64,000 bases of DNA from an uncultured bacterium (GTDB lineage Bacteria > Desulfobacterota > Syntrophorhabdia > Syntrophorhabdales > JANXAF01). Position numbers and translations under genes: made by a program. How positions within the stretch are numbered: the stretch's first letter is position 1; each line of letters begins with the position of its first letter. The notes under the pieces were generated by a model, which had not been told where the DNA came from, did no database searches, and saw nothing but the letters and a program-made list of their open reading frames with translations. The stretch lies in NCBI GenBank assembly GCA_938084905.1, contig CALKEQ010000001.1:106974-170973 (forward strand). Reading direction: 5' to 3'. Positions 1 to 8,263 of the stretch are shown piece by piece.

Positions 1-11
1 AGGTATTTTTT

Positions 12-203
12 TCACACTGTGATCTCTATCCGGCTCTCTTTTTCTTTTGATTCTTCTCTCTTTTTTTCTTCTGATTCTTGGGTTTCCCTTTTTACCCTCT
101 TTTTCGTCTGTCTTCTCACGGATCCGTAACCACCTGAGATTCGTAGCTTTTCTAAAGGCTCGAAAACGGATGAGATTAAAGGTACTTCATAACTTTCCTT
201 CAT
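12..203 (-). CDS. small charged hypothetical protein (63 aa) downstream of cheW
   Basis: ORF co-oriented 37 bp after cheW; K/E/R-rich with C-terminal RIEITV; no clear SD. Confidence 0.45.
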   Translation of the reverse strand: MKESYEVPLISSVFEPLEKLRISGGYGSVRRQTKKRVKRETQESEEKKREESKEKESRIEITV

Positions 204-240
204 GTGATCTTTTTATGGAGTATATTTTTCGGAGGCTTCA

Positions 241-708
241 TCAACTTTCACCTATTTCGCGAATTTTATTTTTTTCGTGCTCCATAAAAACCTTTTTCAG
301 TTCAAGAAGTATGAGGAGCCTGTTATCCAATCTTCCTATCCCCTCTATGTAATCGGAGTCTATCCCTGAGATCATGGAAGGTGGAGGTTCGACTATGCTT
401 TCAGGTATTCTGAGAACTTCACAAACTGAATCTACGATAAAACCGAGTATCATGCCGTCAAGTTCCACGACTATGATCCTCGTGTTTTTGTCGTAATCCC
501 TTTTAGGAAAGTTAAGCCTCTTTCTTAAATCTACGACTGGAACGATCTTTCCTCTCAAGTTTATGACCCCCTCCACATAATCCGGTGCATTGGGAATTCT
601 TGTGATGCTCATCATCTTGTTAATCTCCTGGACTTTTAGAATGTCCACACCGAACTCCTCATTACCGACCTTAAACGTCACAAGCTGTAATATCCTCCCA
701 TTATCCAT
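241..708 (-). CDS. cheW: chemotaxis coupling protein CheW
   Basis: LVTFKVGNEEFGVDILKVQEI, GVINLRGKIVPVVDLR, GFIVDSVCEV motifs. Confidence 0.97.
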   Translation of the reverse strand: MDNGRILQLVTFKVGNEEFGVDILKVQEINKMMSITRIPNAPDYVEGVINLRGKIVPVVDLRKRLNFPKRDYDKNTRIIVVELDGMILGFIVDSVCEVLRIPESIVEPPPSMISGIDSDYIEGIGRLDNRLLILLELKKVFMEHEKNKIREIGES

Positions 709-730
709 CCTCTATTTCACCTCCAATATC

Positions 731-757
731 TTATCGGCTTTTTTGAATAAAACTTAA
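731..757 (-). promoter_or_regulatory. sigma28 (FliA) promoter for cheW
   Basis: Minus strand TTAAGTTT-N11-GCCGATAA, matching the extended sigma28 consensus TAAAGTTT-N11-GCCGATAA; the -35 overlaps the cheA stop codon. Confidence 0.85.
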
Positions 758-2442
758 GAGATATGGGTTCTCTTCTGGTGTGAGAGAGAATAGGCTCTCA
801 CAAGCGAGGAAATATCGAGGATCAGGATAACCCTCCCATCTCCCCTTATCGTTGCCCCGCCTATTCCAACTATGTTGCCAAGGAACTCTCCAAGAGGCTT
901 TATGACGACTTCCTCTTGGCCAATAACCTGATCTACCTTTATAGCAACCTGTCTTTCTTCCACATTGCATACGACGAGGTATCCGCAACCTTTCCCATTT
1001 CTATCCCTTCCAAAAACGGAAGACAGATCGAGCACGGGTATTATTTTCTCTCTGAGCACTATAACCTCTTTTTTATCTACGAACTTTATATCCTCCTCTT
1101 TCAGCTTTACAAGCTCAGATACTGTGTTTAGGGGAATGGCATAAAGCTCCTTATCCTTCTCAATGACGAGGGATTTCATTATCGCAAGGGTAAGGGGTAG
1201 CTTAAGAACGAGTTTTGTCCACTGGTTTGGCTCTGAGTCTATATAAACCTGTCCATTTAACCTCTCTATTTTGGTTTTAACAACGTCCATCCCAACTCCC
1301 CTTCCAGATATTTTTGTGACAGTCTTTGCCGTACTTAGACCTGGGAGAAAGATAAGGTTCATTATTTCCTTTTCCGACATGGAGCTTAATTCTTCATCGC
1401 TAATAAGACCCTTCTCTTTTGCCTTCTCTCTTATAGCTTTTGTGTCTATTCCTCTTCCATCGTCAAATACTTCTATAATGATATGGTTACCCTCATTATA
1501 AGCGGTAACAGAAAGAAGACCCTTTCTGTTCTTTCCCTTTTTTATTCTTTCCTCAGGGCTTTCTATTCCGTGATCAATGGCGTTTCTCACTATATGAACC
1601 ATGGGATCGTGAAGAGCCTCTATTAATGACTTGTCAAGCTCTGTCTCCTCCCCTGAAATCCTAAGTTCAACCTCCTTCTTGAACTCGCCGCATAAATCCC
1701 TTACCATGCGGGGAATTTTGTTGAATACCTTACGTACAGGTACAAGCCTTGCCCTCATAACGGAAAGCTGCAGCTCATTCGTTATGAACTCAATGTAGCT
1801 TGTGACCTCTGACAGACTGTCGATGAGCTTCTCGGAAAGACCGTTAACTCTCGCGTTTTGATTAAGCGCAATCAATCTGTTTTTTCCTAAAACAAGCTCT
1901 CCAACAAGGTTCATAAGTTCGTCCAATTTTTTGACGTCTATCCTTATCGTTTGCTCCTCTATCTCAGAACTTTTCATTTCAGTGGTTTCTTTCTTTTCTT
2001 CTGGCAGTGGATCTGACGTCTCTTTTTGTATATCCCCATTTTCTCCTCCAGATATCTTTTCGAGTTTCTTCACTAGCCCGTCTATTTCCACAAGATCAGT
2101 ACCCTTCTTCTCAATACGATCAATAATTGCCCTCATCGTATCAAACGACTCGATGAGTACGTCAATTACTTGCTTTTCTGGTCTTATCTCCTTCTTCCTT
2201 ATCCTTCCTAGGACCTCCTCTGACACATGGGCGAGCTTCGATAAGTTATTGAAGTTCAAAAAACTCGATGTTCCTTTTATCGTGTGGATAGATCGAAAAA
2301 CGTTGTTTATCAATTCTTCTTCTTTTGTCTTTTCGAACGCAAGAACGTCATTTGTTGCTCGATCTAACAGTTCTTTCGATTCTAAAACAAATTCTGCTAT
2401 TATCTCCCTTAACTCATCACTTAGAAAAGCGGCACCCTCCAT
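754..2442 (-). CDS. cheA: chemotaxis histidine kinase CheA (no P2 domain)
   Basis: Hpt FRSIHTIKG, dimerisation IRIDVKKLDELMNLVGEL, HIVRNAIDHG, DDGRG, SGRGVGMDVV, C-terminal CheW-like domain. Confidence 0.97.
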   Translation of the reverse strand: MEGAAFLSDELREIIAEFVLESKELLDRATNDVLAFEKTKEEELINNVFRSIHTIKGTSSFLNFNNLSKLAHVSEEVLGRIRKKEIRPEKQVIDVLIESFDTMRAIIDRIEKKGTDLVEIDGLVKKLEKISGGENGDIQKETSDPLPEEKKETTEMKSSEIEEQTIRIDVKKLDELMNLVGELVLGKNRLIALNQNARVNGLSEKLIDSLSEVTSYIEFITNELQLSVMRARLVPVRKVFNKIPRMVRDLCGEFKKEVELRISGEETELDKSLIEALHDPMVHIVRNAIDHGIESPEERIKKGKNRKGLLSVTAYNEGNHIIIEVFDDGRGIDTKAIREKAKEKGLISDEELSSMSEKEIMNLIFLPGLSTAKTVTKISGRGVGMDVVKTKIERLNGQVYIDSEPNQWTKLVLKLPLTLAIMKSLVIEKDKELYAIPLNTVSELVKLKEEDIKFVDKKEVIVLREKIIPVLDLSSVFGRDRNGKGCGYLVVCNVEERQVAIKVDQVIGQEEVVIKPLGEFLGNIVGIGGATIRGDGRVILILDISSLVRAYSLSHQKRTHIS

Positions 2443-2445
2443 TGC

Positions 2446-2814
2446 TTACGTTCCTCCTATCAGGCTTTCCACCTTATAAATTAGTAAGGAAGGACTGATA
2501 GGCTTGTTAAGAAAAAGATTCACCCCCGCTTCAAGAGCAGTTTTTCTTATTTCCTCATCCCTTGTGGTCGTCAACATGATGATAGGCACCTCTCTTCTGT
2601 AAAAGTTGTTCCTTATAGTTCTTACAAATTCAATCCCATCCATATTAGGCATATTGAGGTCAACTATTATAAGGTCAACAGGCTCCAAACTCAGCTTCTC
2701 GATGGCATCCATGCCATCTTCAGCTTCAACCGTTACGAAATCTCTCTGTCTAAGTACGGAGCTCAAAAGTTTTCTTATTGTGTGTGAATCGTCAACTATC
2801 ATTACCTTTCTCAT
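2446..2814 (-). CDS. cheY: single-domain response regulator, CheY-like
   Basis: IVDDS, DLNMPNMDG, LTT, KP receiver motifs; lies between cheR and cheA. Confidence 0.85.
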   Translation of the reverse strand: MRKVMIVDDSHTIRKLLSSVLRQRDFVTVEAEDGMDAIEKLSLEPVDLIIVDLNMPNMDGIEFVRTIRNNFYRREVPIIMLTTTRDEEIRKTALEAGVNLFLNKPISPSLLIYKVESLIGGT

Positions 2815-3652
2815 TTTCCCATCCTTTCTGATAAATTAGAGTTCCAGGGAAGAGAATAGGTCTAAATCCGAATCTCTGCTGATTAAGTGTTTCAGAATAA
2901 CCTAGGATCAAGAAACCTCCTGGTTTTAGGCACTTAAAAAGATTTTCCAAGACCCTTCTTTTTGCCCTCTCATCGAAATATATAAGGACGTTTCTGCAGA
3001 AGATGATGTCCATGTTCCTAAAAGCCTTATAAGCCTCCAGATCCATAAGATTCATAAACTCGAATCTCACGTATTTTTTTACTTCCTCCTTCAACTTGTA
3101 GTTTTTCTCTTCCGTTAATGTAAAGTACTTCTCCCTTAGCGCTCCATTCACGTTTCTTAAGCTGTACTCCGAATATACCCCTCTTTTTGCTGATTCCAAA
3201 ACCTTTGGACTTAAGTCTGTAGCTAAGATGGAGAAGGGAAGATCCACTTTTGTCCTCTCCTGAATCTCAAGTAGAACAATGGCTATTGTGTAAGGCTCCT
3301 CGCCTGTTGAACAGGCTGCACTCCATATACGAAGTCCAAAACTTGGGCCTTTACCATTTTTTAAATACTCCTTGACAATTATCTCTCTCAATGCATCAAA
3401 CTGCTGGGGGTTTCTGAAAAAACTCGTTTCGTTCGTTGTTATTACGTCGTAAAGATTGAGAAGCTCCTTTTTTGCATTCTCGTTTCCGAGCTTAAGATAA
3501 AGGTAGTAATCCTCAAAACTAGAAAGCCCAAGCTCTCTCAATCTATTTTGTAATCTGTTTTCCATTAGATACATTTTACTCTCGTGGAAGTATATCCCAG
3601 TCTTTTCATAGATGTAGTCCCTTAAGCGAAGGAAAGTTTCCTTTCTTAGCAT
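2792..3652 (-). CDS. cheR: chemotaxis methyltransferase CheR
   Basis: TTNETSFFR, IWSAACSTGEEPY, IFCRNVLIYF. Confidence 0.97.
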   Translation of the reverse strand: MLRKETFLRLRDYIYEKTGIYFHESKMYLMENRLQNRLRELGLSSFEDYYLYLKLGNENAKKELLNLYDVITTNETSFFRNPQQFDALREIIVKEYLKNGKGPSFGLRIWSAACSTGEEPYTIAIVLLEIQERTKVDLPFSILATDLSPKVLESAKRGVYSEYSLRNVNGALREKYFTLTEEKNYKLKEEVKKYVRFEFMNLMDLEAYKAFRNMDIIFCRNVLIYFDERAKRRVLENLFKCLKPGGFLILGYSETLNQQRFGFRPILFPGTLIYQKGWENEKGNDS

Positions 3653-5475
3653 TTTTTTTGCCCCGCAAGTCTTTTTTCTGCAAAGTAAGCCTCCATTCTT
3701 ACGTTTTCATCCTCATCTTCCTTTAATGGCAATATGTATTTGAGGGCTTTCTTTTTTCTCGTTGAAAGGAGACACTTAATCCCTGCTATTCGGATGAGGG
3801 GGTTTTCATCATCAAGTGCTTTGACAAAGAGGGGGAAAAGAGTTTTATCCTGGAAAGATGAGAGAGCAAGAAGCGAAAAATACCTTGTCCATAGGTCCTT
3901 ACTTTTATCGCCAGAGAGCTCTGCAACCCTCTCCTTAAACTGCACCAGTTTTTTGTCTTTGACTATTTTTAGTGCCTCATATGGAATCGAATCGCTTGCG
4001 AGGATCTCATCGAGTACCTTAAGGTATCTTTCATCATTCACAAAAAATTCTACAACTCTCATTGCAATCCTTCTTTCCTCAATATCCTGGCTCCTAACTA
4101 ACTCCATAACATACGGGTAATTTTCGTCAGCGTTGAGCATTTGAGAACATGCGGCGTATATCTTCTTATCCATTTGTCCGCCTTCTTTCACCATTCTTTC
4201 AATCTCCGACTTCCCCCTTTCTTTGTTTATGAGAAGGAGCGAGTTCAGCGCCTTTATCCTTACATCCGGATAGTCACTCCTGGCCATTTTACAAACCTCT
4301 TCCTCCATGTGGGTGAGCCTTTTTCTACCTACTAGATCTGCCGCCTCACCGCGTACGTGTCCATCCTTGTCCTTTATCGCAACTGAAATTATCCTCTCTC
4401 CATCCGCACATATATTTGGCAGGTTTTTAACGATATCTCTCTTCAGTTCCAGGGAGGATTTGAGAAAAACATCAATAAGAAGATCCTCATCTATCTTTAT
4501 TCCTCCTTTTATTGCAGCCCTTACTATATGCTCAAAATGTTCACCAAGGTAGGAAGCTATGTCCTCAGCCCAGACGTCTTTAGCCTCGCACAAAACGGAG
4601 ATTAGAAACTCGTACTCTTCGCTTCCTGCTTCAATCTCGTTCAATACCTGGAGAATCAATTCAACTGATTCTTTTCGTTTAAAGTATCTAAGTAGTTCAA
4701 GTGTCTTTTTAGACCTTCTTTTTTCGAGGAGGATGGAATCTCTAAGGTGAGGGAGAAGTTCATCACCGAAGCTTTCGTAAAGGAAGGGGAATAACTCGCT
4801 TTCTATGTTCTCGAGCAGAGCTTTAAGAAAATCTTTTTTTCTTTTCGCCTCAAAACCTTTTATCTTCTTTACAATCTCCTCTATTATCTTTCTGTCCCTG
4901 AAATTTAGAAGTGCTCCGCAGGCAGCTATGCCCAGGAGCTCATTTTCCGCATCGAGAAGGGTTAAAAGTCTCGATACGCTTCTTTCGTCCTTTATCTTCC
5001 CCAGACTGGATATTGCTGAGAAAGCAACCCACTCTGAATCTTCAATGGCGGACAAAAGAGCGTCAACAACTTCCTTTCCCTTGAACTCTCCAAGTGCAAC
5101 ACAGGCTGCCAACTTTACATTATCCGTATCCTTTCTCAGTGCTTCCAGAAGATAAGGTATGGCCTTTTCAATTTTGAGGTGACCTGATAGTTCGCAGGCA
5201 AATATCCTCACGTCCTCAGACCCGTCTGAGAAGAGATTGAGAATTTCGTTAAATTCACTTCCTCGCACATTCCTCAATACCTCAAGTGCAGCCATTCGAA
5301 CTGAGGGGTCTTTTTCATAGAGAAGGGGGATGAGGGAGAGCACAACCCTTTTTGTCGGAGAACTGCGCATAATTTCAACCGCTTTTTCTCTTCTAAAAGT
5401 GTCAGTTCCTCTAATGTCACTTATCAATTCCTGGATCCGGCTTTTTGTCAATTTATGGGAGGGACTATCTAACAT
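3646..5475 (-). CDS. HEAT/PBS-lyase repeat protein in che operon
   Basis: Repeated D..VR.AA..AL helical units (DPSVRMAALEVL, SEDVRIFACE, DGHVRGEAA, YPDVRIKAL, NPLIRIAGI, DENVRMEA). Confidence 0.85.
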   Translation of the reverse strand: MLDSPSHKLTKSRIQELISDIRGTDTFRREKAVEIMRSSPTKRVVLSLIPLLYEKDPSVRMAALEVLRNVRGSEFNEILNLFSDGSEDVRIFACELSGHLKIEKAIPYLLEALRKDTDNVKLAACVALGEFKGKEVVDALLSAIEDSEWVAFSAISSLGKIKDERSVSRLLTLLDAENELLGIAACGALLNFRDRKIIEEIVKKIKGFEAKRKKDFLKALLENIESELFPFLYESFGDELLPHLRDSILLEKRRSKKTLELLRYFKRKESVELILQVLNEIEAGSEEYEFLISVLCEAKDVWAEDIASYLGEHFEHIVRAAIKGGIKIDEDLLIDVFLKSSLELKRDIVKNLPNICADGERIISVAIKDKDGHVRGEAADLVGRKRLTHMEEEVCKMARSDYPDVRIKALNSLLLINKERGKSEIERMVKEGGQMDKKIYAACSQMLNADENYPYVMELVRSQDIEERRIAMRVVEFFVNDERYLKVLDEILASDSIPYEALKIVKDKKLVQFKERVAELSGDKSKDLWTRYFSLLALSSFQDKTLFPLFVKALDDENPLIRIAGIKCLLSTRKKKALKYILPLKEDEDENVRMEAYFAEKRLAGQKKC

Positions 5476-5487
5476 GTTCTCCCCCTC

Positions 5488-6522
5488 TTAAATGTTCCTT
5501 ATGATCTCCTCTGGGATCATATCGAGAGGCAAAACAGAATTAACGCAACCAGCAGATACGACAGCCCTGGGCATCCCGTAGACCACACATGTTTCTTCGT
5601 TCTGGGCGATTATGTAGCCACCTTTCTTATAAAGCTCATTTGCCCCTTTTAGTCCGTCAGATCCCATGCCAGTCAGGATGACCCCTATCGCCCGATCGTT
5701 GAAAGTCTCTCCCGCACTGAGCAAAAGCAAATCGACAGATGGTCTGTAGATGTAACTAGTATCTTCCGTGTACTTGAGAATCGCTTCCCTTCCCGTTTTT
5801 TTGATAGATATGTGAGTATCACCCGGGGCCAAGTAAGCAATCCCGCCTCTTAAAGGTTCCCTATTTTCCGCTTCCTTCACGGTAATCTGGCACATGGAGT
5901 TCAATCTGTTAGAAAAGGACTGGGTGAATAGTCTTGGCATGTGCTGAGCTATGACAATTGGTACTGGAAGATCCTTCGGCATTCTCTTAAGTATGAGTTC
6001 TAGTGCTGGTGGACCACCTGTGGAAGAACCTATACAGATTACGTCACGCCTTAAGTCTCTTTTTGGGATCTTGATGGATAGTTCAGGCTTTAGGTTCGAC
6101 TTCAACCTTTTTAGGAGCAATCCAATCTTGTTTTTTGCCACACTTTTAACCTTAGTTATGAGTTCGTTCTCCTTTCCGTATATTGAGACTGACACGTTGG
6201 AAAAATCCTTGGTTATGAAATCTACAGCTCCCATCTCTAAGGCGGAAATTGTTACTTCAGCTCCCTCCCTTGTTAAGGCACTGAACATTATTACCGGCAC
6301 AGGATTATGTTCCATTATGTGTTTTAACGCCTCAAGTCCGTTCATTCGCGGCATTTCCACATCCATTGTAATTACGTCCGGTTTCAGCTTCTCAGCAAGT
6401 TCTATAGCCTCAAGCCCATCTGATGCTGCTCCAACCACTTTGATAGACTCGTCACTTTCAAGCATCTTAGTTAAGACCCTTCTCATGAAGGAAGAATCGT
6501 CAACAACAAGAACCTTTATCAT
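5488..6522 (-). CDS. cheB: chemotaxis methylesterase CheB
   Basis: REC domain plus GSSTGGP, QHMP, LTGMGSDG, VVYGMP. Confidence 0.97.
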   Translation of the reverse strand: MIKVLVVDDSSFMRRVLTKMLESDESIKVVGAASDGLEAIELAEKLKPDVITMDVEMPRMNGLEALKHIMEHNPVPVIMFSALTREGAEVTISALEMGAVDFITKDFSNVSVSIYGKENELITKVKSVAKNKIGLLLKRLKSNLKPELSIKIPKRDLRRDVICIGSSTGGPPALELILKRMPKDLPVPIVIAQHMPRLFTQSFSNRLNSMCQITVKEAENREPLRGGIAYLAPGDTHISIKKTGREAILKYTEDTSYIYRPSVDLLLLSAGETFNDRAIGVILTGMGSDGLKGANELYKKGGYIIAQNEETCVVYGMPRAVVSAGCVNSVLPLDMIPEEIIRNI

Positions 6523-6524
6523 TC

Positions 6525-6769
6525 TCCTTCTCCGATAAAGAACTTACCACTAGAAAGTGCGGAAAATATTTGTTTCATTGTACTCTCTCCCATTTTTCAG
6601 TTCTTTTTTCGCATTTCAAAAACCAAAAAGAAGGCCCCCTCTCCATTTTCTCAAGAGCTCTTTTTATTTTTTCGTCTCTCCAACTTTTCTGTGGGGAGAA
6701 TTTAATATCTCCACAACGTTTCTCAACCCTTTTTACGTCCATACTCTCCTAATTATTATCGGAGAAGGA
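6525..6769. repeat. perfect 14-bp inverted repeat pair (6525-6538 TCCTTCTCCGATAA / 6756-6769 TTATCGGAGAAGGA)
   Basis: Exact reverse complements read directly; one arm covers the cheB SD, the other covers the sigma28 -10 element and spacer. Confidence 0.8.
6575..6742 (-). CDS. putative 55-aa small protein (MDVKRVEKRCGD...KWERVQ), not in ORF track
   Basis: AGGAG SD upstream of the ATG at 6742; first ORF after the sigma28 promoter; hand-translated. Confidence 0.45.
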   Translation of the reverse strand: MDVKRVEKRCGDIKFSPQKSWRDEKIKRALEKMERGPSFWFLKCEKRTEKWERVQ

Positions 6770-6782
6770 ATGGAAAACTTAA
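6756..6782 (-). promoter_or_regulatory. sigma28 promoter for the cheB operon
   Basis: Minus strand TTAAGTTT-N11-TCCGATAA; the -35 overlaps the fliA stop codon. Confidence 0.8.
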
Positions 6783-7516
6783 CCTTTGAGGCGTTTTTTT
6801 AATAGGGATCTCAGGTTAAGAATAGCCTGTGTGTGAATCTGGCAGATCCTTGCCTCGGTTACTCCAAGAAGACTTGCAATTTCTTTCATGTTGAGATCAT
6901 CTTTGTAGTAAAGTGACAAAACTAGCCTCTGCTTCTCTGGTAATTTTTCAAACTCCTCAGCTATCACCTTTTCCAGTTCTCTTATCTCTGCGATTCTTTC
7001 CGGATTCTCTCCTTCGTCAAGTAGGTATCTAACTATCTTTTCCCTGTCCTCTTCCGTGAGATCTGTAAGCTCGTCAATACTGACAACGGAGAGGTTTGCA
7101 AAATCTTTCAGCAGATCAAGGTATTCCTCCTTATCCATTTCCAAAAAAACGGCTACCTCTTCCTCATAGGGCAGACGGCCCAGCTTTCCTTCCAACTCCC
7201 TTATAGCCTTTTCTATTTTTTTTGCTTTTGCCCTAATACTCCTTGGAAAAAAGTCCCTAGATCTAAGCTCGTCTATCATTGCTCCCCTGATCCGCAGATA
7301 AGCGTAAGTCTTAAGCTTTATGCCCTTTTCAGGCTTGTACTTCTCCATAGCCTCAAGCAAACCCAAAACTCCCGCAGAGATAAGATCATCAAGAAGACTC
7401 TCGTCATTTATACCCTTTGCGACTTTGAGTGCAAGTGTCTTGATGACTGGGACAAATTCCTCAATTATCTTCTCTTTCTCGTTTTTTGCGTAGGCTGCGT
7501 ACCCTTTTTTTAACAT
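6779..7516 (-). CDS. fliA: RNA polymerase sigma-28 factor FliA
   Basis: DDLISAGVLGL, YAYLRIRGAMIDELR, PRSIR, LNMKEIASLLGVTEARICQIH. Confidence 0.96.
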   Translation of the reverse strand: MLKKGYAAYAKNEKEKIIEEFVPVIKTLALKVAKGINDESLLDDLISAGVLGLLEAMEKYKPEKGIKLKTYAYLRIRGAMIDELRSRDFFPRSIRAKAKKIEKAIRELEGKLGRLPYEEEVAVFLEMDKEEYLDLLKDFANLSVVSIDELTDLTEEDREKIVRYLLDEGENPERIAEIRELEKVIAEEFEKLPEKQRLVLSLYYKDDLNMKEIASLLGVTEARICQIHTQAILNLRSLLKKRLKG

Positions 7517-8263
7517 TCAGCTCCGCAGTAACCTCAAACAGATCTTTTCAAGCGCACTTGTTGCAGGAGAGTCCGGATAGTGCTCAGTCCAAAGTCTCTG
7601 CCTTTTTGTTGCCAGTGCAACATTTTTGTCCATTGGAATGTAACCGTAAAAGTCGAGGTAGACGTTCAAAAATCTGTCAGTCACTGTGAGTAACTTACTG
7701 TAAACCTTTAGGGCTTCGGACTCGTCATTAACCATATTCACAATTATGTTGAAATTCTTTCTTCCAGTCTTTCTGTTTATGACCTTTATCACAGCGTACG
7801 AATCTGCAAGGCTTGCAGGATCAGGAGTAAGGATGAGAAAGACCTCTTCGCAGATCGAATTAAAGTAAATAACATTTGAGGATAGTCCTGCCTGCGTGTC
7901 GATTATGAGAAAATCATAATCCCCTATGGACTTTATGGCCCAAAAAAGGGCGTTTTTCTCATGGTCAGAAAGGTTTGAGAGTTCGTAGGCACCAGTTGTT
8001 GCTGGAATTATCTTTATTCCGTTCGGTCCACTACTTATTATTTCGTATAGGTCCCTTTTTCCCTCTAAAAAGTCTTTGATATTGTACTTGGGAACTATGC
8101 CAAACATTATGTCTATGTTTCCAAGGGCAAGATCAGCATCCACAATGTACGTAATTTCGTTCATCTTGCCGAGGAGATAAGCCATGTTTGAAACCACTGA
8201 TGACTTTCCAACCCCACCTTTCCCACTGGTCACAGATATTATCTTCCTTCTCTTACCATCCAT
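7517..8263 (-). CDS. flhG: MinD-like flagellar number regulator FlhG/FleN (short form)
   Basis: SGKGGVGKS deviant Walker A, DADLALGNID, TPDPASLADSY; lies between flhF and fliA. Confidence 0.92.
   Translation of the reverse strand: MDGKRRKIISVTSGKGGVGKSSVVSNMAYLLGKMNEITYIVDADLALGNIDIMFGIVPKYNIKDFLEGKRDLYEIISSGPNGIKIIPATTGAYELSNLSDHEKNALFWAIKSIGDYDFLIIDTQAGLSSNVIYFNSICEEVFLILTPDPASLADSYAVIKVINRKTGRKNFNIIVNMVNDESEALKVYSKLLTVTDRFLNVYLDFYGYIPMDKNVALATKRQRLWTEHYPDSPATSALEKICLRLLRS

Noticed and set aside
6540-6750. GGA-rich leader as a CsrB-like sRNA
   Set aside because: About 8 GGA in 230 nt is not clearly above expectation for this purine-rich strand, and regular GGA-loop hairpins are not evident.
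6557-6802. Plus-strand ORFs 6557-6802 and 6570-6752 in the fliA-cheB gap
   Set aside because: Opposite to the operon direction, F/S-rich, no SD; the minus-strand micro-ORFs fit better.
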